From Candidatus Berkelbacteria bacterium (GTDB taxonomy: Bacteria; Patescibacteriota; UBA1384; XYA2-FULL-43-10; 1-14-0-10-43-13), in contig JAPLVL010000060.1 of the NCBI GenBank assembly GCA_026397135.1, positions 8,458 to 67,304 of the forward strand: 58,847 nucleotides of DNA. Direction: 5' to 3'. Positions 1 through 8,045 of the stretch are shown piece by piece. A model generated the notes under the pieces. That model did not search any database. It worked only from the letters and a program-made list of their open reading frames with translations, and was not told the DNA's origin. Each line of letters opens with the position of its first letter. Positions within the stretch are counted from its first letter, which is position 1. The position numbers and the translations under genes were made by a program.

Positions 1-2329
1 AGATGTCTTCCAGCTTCATCACTTCGCGGATCGCTTCTCTGGTCACCTCTGGAACTCTGACTCCACCCTTCCCGAATTCACCTGCCTTGGACTTCAAAAT
101 CCCGAGCAACCTCTCCTCTTCGGCAAGATCGCGTCGATTTTTGCGGAATTTATTACCATTTAGCTCATCTTCTATTTTCTTGAGGCGTTTTTCCCGAGCT
201 CTCTGCCTCTGTAATTTCTTCAAAAATTTCTTGTAACCACGAAGTTCCTTGATTGAATCAGGCTCTTCTTCATCACCTTCTCCCTCGACATCGTCTTCAC
301 CCTCCTTGCCTTCATCTTCGGAATCGTCTTCGTCTTCAGAATCACCCTCATCGTCGTTCTTGTCTTCTGAGCCTTCCTTATCTTCAGATTCGTCGTCTCC
401 ATCTTTTGGCTTCTTGTCATCCTTCTCATCCGAAGGAACTCCGTCACCACCGTCTTCGTCTTCGTCTTCGTCGTCATCCTCTTCATCATCGTCGTCTTCG
501 TCTTCGTCATCATCGTCGTCTTTGTATTCTTTGTCACGAGGATCTTTCTTCTTCGGAATTGGGCCTTTAGGCGGTTTCTTGCCCTTTTTCGGCTTGTTCA
601 CAAGTAATATCAAATTCTTATCTGGATCAAATATTGTTTCTATTTCACCACTAAAGAGTCCTTCGTCAATACCGCTCGCCATATCAAGACTACCAGTGTT
701 CTTGTTCTTGGACGATCCATCACTGCGCTTGTCCCAGACAACGACGACAGAACTGACACCGCTTCCACTGTCTTTGTTCACCGTAACAATACGACCAGTT
801 CGACTCGGCGGCGGATCACCAGCCTCTTTGGCTTTGAAACTATCATCCAAGATCAGAAGGAGAGAGAATATCGGCTCCAGAGTTTCTCTGATTACCTGTG
901 TTCGCTTCAACAAGTTATATTTAAACGGTATGGTACCACTAGCTGGTGCCCGGAAATTCAGCTCTTTGAACTGGTTGAATACTTGGAGGAAGGTCAGACT
1001 GGTAATATCTCCTTCCAAACCATATTGATTGATCATATTGGAAAGTGGTCCATATTCATAATTGAGTGCAGCACGATCAAAGTTTATTTTGAGATCAGTG
1101 ACACAAGTCTCACTCATGACATTCAGGACCTTGTGACTCTCTGTCTCCACGACTTCTCCATTCTTCTCACCCCAGGTCTGGATTTTTTGGAAAGTAGTCA
1201 TAAACTTAAGATAGGAGAGATATTTCTCGGGATCATTTTTGTATTTCTCAGCCACCTTTTGAAGTAATGTCTTGTAAACTTCTACAAGGGGTCTCGTGAA
1301 AATCATCGCAACGTCAGGGTCGAGAATATGTTTTCCATCTGGCTGCTTCTCGGGGTCAAAAACTGACTTTTCCGAGAGGCCGATCATTTGATTTTTCATC
1401 AGGTAGGTTGTGAACTGCGAAGCCCGCCGCATTGGCACAGGTAATTTGGTCCAGTCAAAACCGCGATCATAGTCCTCCTTTGCCGCTCTCTTGTAATCAC
1501 CTTGTCCTTGCTCAATTTTCACAAATTCTTCGCCATTCAGGGTGTAATCGCCCTGACCCGCACCTGCAGGGAGATGAATCGCAAAGAATTTTTCAGTATA
1601 GAGATCGGTTACTTCCTGGCGATTTTTCTTGCCCTCAGTAAAATTGGCACCATAAAGTTCTGTGTTCTCCACCATCGTGTTTACGATCACATCTTCCAAT
1701 ATATTGTAATAAAATGCGTAAATACCGCCAGCCGAATAGAAGGCTGGCTTGCCGTCTTCCCCCGGCTTGGCGAATTTCTTGTTCTGGACATAGTCAAATT
1801 GTCGTAACATATTCTGGAGACCCGCGTCATTGAGCTCAATCATTGCCTTCAGATGAGCAAATTCGTGCATCGCTCCAAATATGAATTGCATCGGCGTCAT
1901 CTCCATGCCAACCTTTTCCTTCATCTCCTTGTAAAACGGTGTACTGACTGAAATTATGCCATCGGCCGGTGAGAAATAAAATCCGTTGCCAGGAATAATC
2001 TTGAACTTTGTGTTGCGGTACTGCAAGAAAGAGACCAGGGTATTATAAACTGGTGTCGGGTTTTCGTGGCTCCCAATCCACTCTATCAACTCTGCACCAT
2101 AGGGTTGCAACTCAGGTGGGAGTTTGGCTATCTCTTCGAGTTGCTCATCCTTGAATGTCTTTTTCTTTTTTTCTGGAGCAATCGGCACTTTCGGCTCTAG
2201 CGGAATTGGGTTTGGTCTAGGATTCGAGTCGGGATTAGTTCGGCGAGCCATCTCCAAAACAGCCTCGTCTTCCAGGTTTATTTCATCGGGCCAGCCTGCG
2301 CCCGTAGGATCTCCATTCATTGGTGACAT
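1..2329 (-). CDS. HExxH zinc-metallopeptidase-like protein with long D/E-rich tract (C-terminus lies beyond window start)
   Basis: Missing from the ORF track because no stop lies inside the window. Hand translation of the minus strand from ATG 2329 (GGAGGGAG 5 nt upstream) stays open to nt 1 (776 codons): MSPMNGDPTGAGWPDEINLED... HEFAH is encoded at 1853-1867. The acidic D/E run at about 240-560 gives, on its complement, the Ser-rich plus-strand shadow ORFs 249..1028 and 253..570. Confidence 0.75.
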   Translation of the reverse strand, partial: MSPMNGDPTGAGWPDEINLEDEAVLEMARRTNPDSNPRPNPIPLEPKVPIAPEKKKKTFKDEQLEEIAKLPPELQPYGAELIEWIGSHENPTPVYNTLVSFLQYRNTKFKIIPGNGFYFSPADGIISVSTPFYKEMKEKVGMEMTPMQFIFGAMHEFAHLKAMIELNDAGLQNMLRQFDYVQNKKFAKPGEDGKPAFYSAGGIYAFYYNILEDVIVNTMVENTELYGANFTEGKKNRQEVTDLYTEKFFAIHLPAGAGQGDYTLNGEEFVKIEQGQGDYKRAAKEDYDRGFDWTKLPVPMRRASQFTTYLMKNQMIGLSEKSVFDPEKQPDGKHILDPDVAMIFTRPLVEVYKTLLQKVAEKYKNDPEKYLSYLKFMTTFQKIQTWGEKNGEVVETESHKVLNVMSETCVTDLKINFDRAALNYEYGPLSNMINQYGLEGDITSLTFLQVFNQFKELNFRAPASGTIPFKYNLLKRTQVIRETLEPIFSLLLILDDSFKAKEAGDPPPSRTGRIVTVNKDSGSGVSSVVVVWDKRSDGSSKNKNTGSLDMASGIDEGLFSGEIETIFDPDKNLILLVNKPKKGKKPPKGPIPKKKDPRDKEYKDDDDDEDEDDDDEEDDDEDEDEDGGDGVPSDEKDDKKPKDGDDESEDKEGSEDKNDDEGDSEDEDDSEDEGKEGEDDVEGEGDEEEPDSIKELRGYKKFLKKLQRQRAREKRLKKIEDELNGNKFRKNRRDLAEEERLLGILKSKAGEFGKGGVRVPEVTREAIREVMKLEDI

Positions 2330-2368
2330 TGATTCTCCCTCCACAATTGACTCATCGCATTTACCAGT

Positions 2369-2454
2369 CTGTCATTTCGACCCCTCGATGTGCCATCGAG
2401 GTCGGAGAAATCTTGTAAAATCTCTCATTTGAATAATACCGTTCGAAATGACAG
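2369..2454. repeat. REP/MITE-like palindromic element, family A (GTCATTTCGA...TCGAAATGAC ends)
   Basis: Terminal inverted repeats ctgtcatttcga (2369-2380) and ttcgaaatgacag (2442-2454) enclose the hairpin cctcgatgtgccatcgagg. Related copies at 44259-44379 and 48303-48349, plus a collapsed end pair at 18689-18706. Confidence 0.6.
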
Positions 2455-2509
2455 CAATATTGTTTCTTTTCTATATTGAAACCAAAAGCAATTACTTGCC
2501 TTTTGTTAT

Positions 2510-2538
2510 ATTTTAATATTTTTTGGGCTTTTGAGCAA
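2510..2538 (-). promoter_or_regulatory. Candidate sigma70-type promoter for the HExxH gene
   Basis: Minus strand reads TTGCTC (2538-2533), 17 nt spacer, TAAAAT (2515-2510), about 180 nt upstream of ATG 2329. Motif match only. Confidence 0.3.
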
Positions 2539-2620
2539 GAAATAATTACTCTCAATTGGTGCATAAGTGAGGGTGTTTTGATCGCATTCTCTTTATGCAA
2601 TACTAGACTATATAATTTCA

Positions 2621-3637
2621 CTATTTCCCTGTCTTGAATTTGTACTTCAATTCAACAATATTACCGCTTTTCTCAAACCCTCCGGCAATTTCATCGGATC
2701 TTTCGAGATAGTAGAAAATGCGTCCGTCAGCGGCATAGAGAAATTCGATCTTCCTCGAACCTTTTGGTAGCCGGATCTGGAAACTTTTGACAATCTCTCT
2801 CCTTGCAACATCGATAATATAACAGTCACCCTCTTTGTTCGAAGCCATAAGCCATTTCTCCCCTGGAGAAAGTTTCAGCACGAAAGGCCCGGGGGTAGGC
2901 ATCAAAATCCATTCATCGGCCGTTTCAGACAAGAAATAAATCCCTTTGGTATTCATCGTCTTGGTATATATTTCTTCGTCTGACTTCGTGGAGAGACCAT
3001 GGCTTCGGTAGTCGTGTAACTCTTCTTCCAGGTCAGATTTAACAATATTCCCCTTCAGATCATATTTCAGAATACCGAGCAAGAATCCGCGTGTAACATC
3101 GAGATGACGAGTCAGGATGATGAGTTCTCTGTTTCTGATTTCAAATGAATGATTTCTGCGGAAACCGGTATCAAATTTCCTCTTAGCTCTGCTCTCCAGA
3201 TCGATCGCTTCTATTCCGTCTTCGTAGAGGACAAACACCTCGGACTCAGTCAGGTGAAAGCTTAGCGGCATCTGTTTGAGAGCCAAAAATTCCCGCGACT
3301 CGCCCGTCTTCTGGTCCAGAATATAAAGTCGGTATTTGTCGCTGTCCTCGGAGAGCAAAACGAAATTATCGGAGAATGGCTGCTGCTCGACTGCAATCAC
3401 ATCGTCGAATCCGCCCGACAGCTTCCACTGCTTTGATTGGACAAGGCTCTGCCAATCGATCCTTTTCTCAAATCGGGGCAAGTCCGCACCTATACAGTGC
3501 GAAATCAGCTTTTCGATCTCCATCTCCGAGATTAGCGCCAGAGATGGGAATTGACGACCGACTGCCATATCAAAATTACGCAGCTCTTTGACGATCTGCC
3601 CCAGGTATTCGGTAAATTTTTGGCATTTAGTTTGCAT
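2621..3637 (-). CDS. NCH-array paralog, class P (N-terminal Cys-helix module + divergent beta-propeller-like repeats)
   Basis: 338-aa ORF. N-terminus MQTKCQKFTEYLGQIVKELRNFD fits the family module. The C-terminal part is beta-strand rich with blade-like segments (LSPGEKWLMASNKEGDCYIIDV); the propeller call is weaker than for other members. Confidence 0.8.
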   Translation of the reverse strand: MQTKCQKFTEYLGQIVKELRNFDMAVGRQFPSLALISEMEIEKLISHCIGADLPRFEKRIDWQSLVQSKQWKLSGGFDDVIAVEQQPFSDNFVLLSEDSDKYRLYILDQKTGESREFLALKQMPLSFHLTESEVFVLYEDGIEAIDLESRAKRKFDTGFRRNHSFEIRNRELIILTRHLDVTRGFLLGILKYDLKGNIVKSDLEEELHDYRSHGLSTKSDEEIYTKTMNTKGIYFLSETADEWILMPTPGPFVLKLSPGEKWLMASNKEGDCYIIDVARREIVKSFQIRLPKGSRKIEFLYAADGRIFYYLERSDEIAGGFEKSGNIVELKYKFKTGK

Positions 3638-3672
3638 ACTTTGTAATGATAAATGGCGACAGAATAATGTTT

Positions 3673-3725
3673 GGATCCTGAATCAAGTTCAGAGCCTGCC
3701 CTCGACCTGATCGAGGGATGACAAC
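3673..3725. repeat. REP-like palindromic element remnant
   Basis: Hairpin ccctcga-cctga-tcgaggg (3699-3717) followed by atgacaa. Minus strand reads gttgtcatccctcgatcaggtcgaggg, the same GTCATCC... style of end as the other small elements here. Confidence 0.4.
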
Positions 3726-3727
3726 TA

Positions 3728-3958
3728 TTATAATTTTGCTCGGTGGGGAAAAATCTGACGCCCAAGCCGATCAATATATGATTTCGATTGATCCTTATAT
3801 AGGATTTGTGCCACGCCCTTATGAAAATAACTTGGTGGGTATGCGTTTTCGGACGACTCCAGCTTCTTCATGTGTCCGGATTTATTGAGCAAGAAATGAT
3901 CAGTATTGATCCCGACAACTGCCACCCCCTCTGAGAACCAGTTGGCATCTTGAAATCG
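3728..3958 (-). pseudogene. WG-repeat coding remnant in frame behind the TAG stop of 3959..5167
   Basis: Same frame as 3959..5167 (3959-3728=231). Hand translation directly after TAG (3961-3959): RFQDANWFSEGVAVVGINTDHFLLNKSGHMKK...YFHKGVAQILYKDQSKSYIDRLGRQIF, i.e. two more WG-type repeats with no further stop for 76 codons. Confidence 0.6.
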
Positions 3959-5167
3959 CTAATATCGCTTCGAAAAACTGCCGAGGTTTTTAATATCATA
4001 CGGATCACCAACTAGTGCAATTCCTTCTGCAAAATGAGAGGACATCCCAAACTTTTTGCCAGGAAAAGCAAATGTGCCATCGGGACGTAAATACTTCCTC
4101 TCGCCTGCGCTCTTTTCAGATTTTATCTGGACATTTGCTAAGCCATCAGAAAAATCCTCTCCCGACTCAAAAGGACCACCGACGATTTCAGCTTTCTGAT
4201 TGATATAATAATGATCCCGGCTGTTACCTCCTGCTAGGGTGGAAATATGATAGATGCCCTCCGGGCTTGGTGCTTTGCTACTGTAGAGAGATTTACCTTC
4301 CACAAAGTGCGGCAGGGGCACTTGTTTTTTCTCCCCACTCTTGCTGACGATATACAAATGGCCAACAGGCGACGAACCGCCATTGCTTGTTGTATCGATC
4401 CCCAGGCAGTAACCATTGTAAAAATTTGTCAGACGAACTAGTGTGTTTTCGTAATGTACTACCCCTCCCTCCTGATTGATCAGACGATATTTGCCATCCT
4501 TGAAATTTTTGACCCAGGCAACCCCTTCGGAGAACAATTCCCCTCTGTCATCGGCAGCACCGATGGTGGTGACCTTGCCCACAGAGTCAATCATTACCAA
4601 GCACTCACCCGACTGATTCTGTCTTTTCAAAATTAGCGGAAAATCCGGCATGCTGGTGGTCACATTGGCAAAATCTAGACCGCTTGGATAGAAATAGTGG
4701 ACATCAGGCTCCTCCATTGCGGGGAAGGCGTTCGTGCCGTCTTTCCGAATAATCTTGCAGGTATAATATTTATCCACCACATCTGTCTGGACCAGCGCCA
4801 AGCCATCTCGAAATTCAGTTACTCGAGAAAATGGTCCGGCTATCAACTCTTCTGTTTTGTTGTTTAGGAGATAAACGTCATAAGTGAGTCCTGCTGGCAC
4901 TCGCCTCATTCGATAACCCCAGACAATCCCGTCCGACTCTGGAACATAGACAAAATCAAGATCAAATTTCTCGGACAAGCGGTTTCTGGCCTGATATTTG
5001 AATCTATTTTCCAAAAAATATGGGATTTCGGTCCAATCGATCAGCTTCTCCTGCAGATCTTTCTGAGCTGCAATCAAATCTCCCACAGCAAAATTATCCG
5101 GCTTGCATAACTTTTTGCCCTGTTCGACCAATTCTTGAATAAATTTTGTTGCTTCAATACATGACAT
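3959..5167 (-). CDS. NCH-array paralog, class W (N-terminal Cys-helix module + WG-containing/KWG-type repeats)
   Basis: 402-aa ORF. N-terminus MSCIEATKFIQELV. Repeats FRDGLALVQ, FSEGVAWVKNFKDGKYRLINQEGG, FSDGLANVQ, FAEGIALVG. Confidence 0.85.
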   Translation of the reverse strand: MSCIEATKFIQELVEQGKKLCKPDNFAVGDLIAAQKDLQEKLIDWTEIPYFLENRFKYQARNRLSEKFDLDFVYVPESDGIVWGYRMRRVPAGLTYDVYLLNNKTEELIAGPFSRVTEFRDGLALVQTDVVDKYYTCKIIRKDGTNAFPAMEEPDVHYFYPSGLDFANVTTSMPDFPLILKRQNQSGECLVMIDSVGKVTTIGAADDRGELFSEGVAWVKNFKDGKYRLINQEGGVVHYENTLVRLTNFYNGYCLGIDTTSNGGSSPVGHLYIVSKSGEKKQVPLPHFVEGKSLYSSKAPSPEGIYHISTLAGGNSRDHYYINQKAEIVGGPFESGEDFSDGLANVQIKSEKSAGERKYLRPDGTFAFPGKKFGMSSHFAEGIALVGDPYDIKNLGSFSKRY

Positions 5168-5267
5168 GAATTAGTTTTTAGTTGGTAGTTTTGTACCGGT
5201 TTCGTATTTAGTGGTTATGTAATTCTTAATTCTTACTTTAGGCTTTATAACTTGCTCACTTGTTCAC

Positions 5268-6728
5268 CTACTCACTTACTTTCCTCATCTCCTCTTCAAC
5301 ATCGACTACATCTGTCGTACCATCACTATTATACACCCGCATCAGAATCAAGCCACCCTTTCTGGTCTGGTCAATCATGGCGTAAACCTGTTCTAATTTG
5401 GCCACCGGATCATCGATCAGCAGAATTCCGCCATCCATCTCGATTCCCAGTTTGAACAGCTCCCCACCATTGATCGCTCTGGCTCGTTGCGACAGCGTTA
5501 GTTTGCTAAACCGCGGGCGCGAGGGTAATTTGCGCAGTACCAAGATTCCCCCCTTCATCCCATAAGACAGTGACTCTTCGGTAAATTGGTCAGGATCTTC
5601 TATTACGGCTAATCCCTTTCGATTGGCAATGAAATGCATCAGCGCATTGTAATTTACAATTCGATGCACTAGCTCGTCACTATGGCAAACATATTCGCCG
5701 CTCTCGTTTTGGTAAAACGCCCCGAAGTGCTTGAATTGTTTTGAGGGGTCAAGATGGCCGCAGAGGAAGGTTGCACCGGAACCGCCCATGATCTGTTCAT
5801 CACGAAGCTGATTGATATAGCAGGTAGCGTACGCGTACTTCATGAATTCTGTGCTGAAATCACCTGAATCACAGCAAAAGGCTGCCTTGCTGAAACTGGC
5901 CATACCGACACCACACCTATCAATCACGAAACTTGCTCCAGCGTCAGCATTCTTGCCGGTATTAACACTGGTTTGGTAAGCTACAAATTTACCACCGGTC
6001 GCAAATTCGCCCAGCCCTTCATCGCAATATCGCACCTCGATCCGACCGGCCTTCTTGTACATCCCTAGCTTGTCACCGGCAGTAATTATTTTTGCCTCCA
6101 CTGCTCCAGTGCTGGCAAAAGCGTAGTCGCCAACACTTCCTATTTCAATTTTGCCCTTTTCCAGAAAAACACCGAAGAAATTCTTGAAATTGATCGGAAT
6201 ATCTCGGCCGATAATTATTTCGTCGCTTTTCTCTAACATTTTTTCCAAAATAACAGAATTGACCAGGTTGAAGAAAAATCCTCTGCCGGCATACAAGCCA
6301 TAACCGGGGGCATAGTGACTGGTAAAAGTCGAAAACTTTTGATGAAGGCTGCTTTGCTCTAGCCGATCGAGGAGATCAATGTATAACTTTTCGACAAATT
6401 TCATCTCTGGCAAAGATTCAGAGAGCTCGGCCCCAAGGAAGTCGAAGAGTCGGCGACCAGACAGAAGATTGGGTGAATCTCTATCCAAGACTCCCATCAT
6501 TTTCTCTTCAAATTTTTGCCACATATTTTCGTCGGCAAGTTTCTCTTCAAATTCGCGATAAGGGTTGCTCAATTCGACCAATTCTAGAATTTCCGCCTTG
6601 ATTTCTCTCAATTCCCTGATTTCTCTGCTCGATGCTGGAAGGTTTTTCGCCAAAATACCATCAAACCGTCTGAAGTAGCCAGAAATCAGAAGTAAATTTT
6701 CGCTAATTGTATGACAATCAAGTTTCAT
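5268..6728 (-). CDS. NCH-array paralog, class G (N-terminal Cys-helix module + GXGXG beta-helix, GltB C-terminal/FwdC-like)
   Basis: 486-aa ORF. N-terminus MKLDCHTISENLLLISGYFRRFD. Gly-rich beta-helix turns GDYAFASTGAVEAKIITAGDKLGMYKKAGRIEV, GMKGGILVL, MDGGILLIDD, KGGLILMRV. Confidence 0.85.
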   Translation of the reverse strand: MKLDCHTISENLLLISGYFRRFDGILAKNLPASSREIRELREIKAEILELVELSNPYREFEEKLADENMWQKFEEKMMGVLDRDSPNLLSGRRLFDFLGAELSESLPEMKFVEKLYIDLLDRLEQSSLHQKFSTFTSHYAPGYGLYAGRGFFFNLVNSVILEKMLEKSDEIIIGRDIPINFKNFFGVFLEKGKIEIGSVGDYAFASTGAVEAKIITAGDKLGMYKKAGRIEVRYCDEGLGEFATGGKFVAYQTSVNTGKNADAGASFVIDRCGVGMASFSKAAFCCDSGDFSTEFMKYAYATCYINQLRDEQIMGGSGATFLCGHLDPSKQFKHFGAFYQNESGEYVCHSDELVHRIVNYNALMHFIANRKGLAVIEDPDQFTEESLSYGMKGGILVLRKLPSRPRFSKLTLSQRARAINGGELFKLGIEMDGGILLIDDPVAKLEQVYAMIDQTRKGGLILMRVYNSDGTTDVVDVEEEMRKVSE

Positions 6729-6894
6729 AAATGCTTTTTCGTTATCCTAATATCGAATCGACCGAAATGACCGAATAATACCTTCGATTCGATTGATGAG
6801 GTATCTTAATTCTTAATCCTTACTGCTTAATTCTTGATGAACTTTATAACCTGCTTACTTGTTTACCTACTCACCTGTTTACTTACTCACTGAT
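6729..6894 (-). repeat. Conserved intergenic module, copy a (full length)
   Basis: Coding-strand order: octamer array, GGTTATAAAGTTCATCAAG, AATTAAG/GATTAAG short repeats, ATACCTCATCAA, stem-loop (plus-strand arms atcgaatcga 6752-6761 and tcgattcgat 6784-6793), ATTAGGATAAC, then ATG 6728. A 57-nt core is identical in copies a, c and e. Confidence 0.85.
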
Positions 6895-6914
6895 TCACTG
6901 ACTCACTGACTTAC
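6851..6914 (-). repeat. Tandem octamer array (8 units; coding-strand unit GTRARYMR)
   Basis: Plus strand in perfect 8-nt register: ctgcttac ttgtttac ctactcac ctgtttac ttactcac tgattcac tgactcac tgacttac. Every unit carries TGA or TAA on the coding strand. The last units encode the ...KSKSVSQ* tail of 6895..7986. Confidence 0.9.
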
Positions 6915-7986
6915 TTTTCCCATACACCAGCACTCTGCCATCCTTCAGTGAAATCACAACTGTATGATCCGGGGTAATTTCGACCGCTCGAATGAAGCCG
7001 GATTCCCGCGCAAGGAGATCACTTGGCAGCGGCAACTTGCGAATTTGTTTTCCCGTTGCCAGCTCGAATACTTTTGCTTCATTGAAGACAGTAGCCGCGA
7101 CCAGATATTTACCTTCGGCATCTGCGGCAATTGATACATAATTGTCGGTCTGATCAAAGGGGATCGGCTCGCTCTCCGATTTGGAGTCTCTCAGATTTTC
7201 CAGCAAATATATTTTGTGATCCCAGCCGATGCAAGCGATGCGATCGTTTGGCAGCGTCACGAACTGAGCAATCTTGAAATTGGGTTCTTGGATAAATTTC
7301 TCACTTTTATAATCCCAAACATAGAGACGAAATAATTTGCTCAACGCATAGACTAGCCGGCCATCTCTGGAGAGTTTAATCTTCTCGATATGGACACTTT
7401 GGTCAGGCAATCGAAATTCTCCAGAGCTCATGAACCCAGATCCAATCTTGGCAATTTTGTTGCCGTAAATTCCAACTGTGTGTTCGTCATCAAGAGTGTC
7501 AAACTCATGAGGTAACTGGCCACCTCGAGTGATACCACTAAATTTCGGATCGTAGAGATCATAATAGATCACCACTCGCTTGCCATTATCAAAATCTGTC
7601 GCAGTCAGGTAGAAAAGCTCGTTTTGCACACTCAATCGGCAAGGCCCGAGATTGTTCTGGGTCTCGTCTCGATCAGTGAAAATACTGGTTGTTCTGGACT
7701 GCGCCGTCTCGAAATCATAAATTTGGAAAGACTTGGAAGCATTGACGATCAACAGCTTTTTGCCGTCTGGAGTTAGTCGAACCGGCCAACTGCCATTTCG
7801 ATAAAAATCGAGCTGATCCTCAGGGATCTCGACCCTGAACTCGGTTAACTTCTCGTAACTTCGCCATCTGATTCTCTCCATTTTTGGCTCCAACAGATGA
7901 TTAATTTCACGAGAGACTTCCAAACCTTTGCCAAAATGGCCGGCTTTTTCAGCTGCTTTCAAATTATTGAAATGAAGCTGAACCAC
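6895..7986 (-). CDS. NCH-array paralog, class P (WD40/PD40-like beta-propeller); true start probably upstream at ATT 8031
   Basis: 363-aa ORF from GTG 7986. Blades LTPDGKKLLIV, LSRDGRLVYAL, ITPDHTVVISLKDGRVLVYG. The family Cys motif (INWIGSCAELTSFLTV) lies in frame upstream of the GTG; see finding. Confidence 0.85.
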   Translation of the reverse strand: MVQLHFNNLKAAEKAGHFGKGLEVSREINHLLEPKMERIRWRSYEKLTEFRVEIPEDQLDFYRNGSWPVRLTPDGKKLLIVNASKSFQIYDFETAQSRTTSIFTDRDETQNNLGPCRLSVQNELFYLTATDFDNGKRVVIYYDLYDPKFSGITRGGQLPHEFDTLDDEHTVGIYGNKIAKIGSGFMSSGEFRLPDQSVHIEKIKLSRDGRLVYALSKLFRLYVWDYKSEKFIQEPNFKIAQFVTLPNDRIACIGWDHKIYLLENLRDSKSESEPIPFDQTDNYVSIAADAEGKYLVAATVFNEAKVFELATGKQIRKLPLPSDLLARESGFIRAVEITPDHTVVISLKDGRVLVYGKSKSVSQ

Positions 7987-8045
7987 AGTCAGGAAACTGG
8001 TTAACTCTGCGCAACTACCAATCCAATTAATCTTGCCCTCCTTAT

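Noticed and set aside
249-1028. Plus-strand Ser-rich ORFs (249..1028, 253..570) and minus ORF 220..537
   Set aside because: They are low-complexity shadows of the D/E-rich tract. The real minus-strand frame is open for 776 codons from ATG 2329, has an SD, and carries an HExxH motif.
2361-2621. 86-aa minus-strand ORF between the array and the HExxH gene
   Set aside because: It is composed of the REP-like element 2369-2454 and AT-rich promoter-like DNA. It has no SD and no family or protein-like features.
6729-6894. Conserved spacers as integron attC sites (co-oriented cassette array)
   Set aside because: I could not find the RYYYAAC/GTTRRRY core pair. The cassettes are paralogs rather than unrelated genes. 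Many genes are joined by overlaps without any spacer, and no intI is in the window.
6851-6914. Octamer arrays as CRISPR arrays
   Set aside because: The units are 8 nt, directly abutting with no spacers. There are no 24-40-nt repeats and no cas genes.
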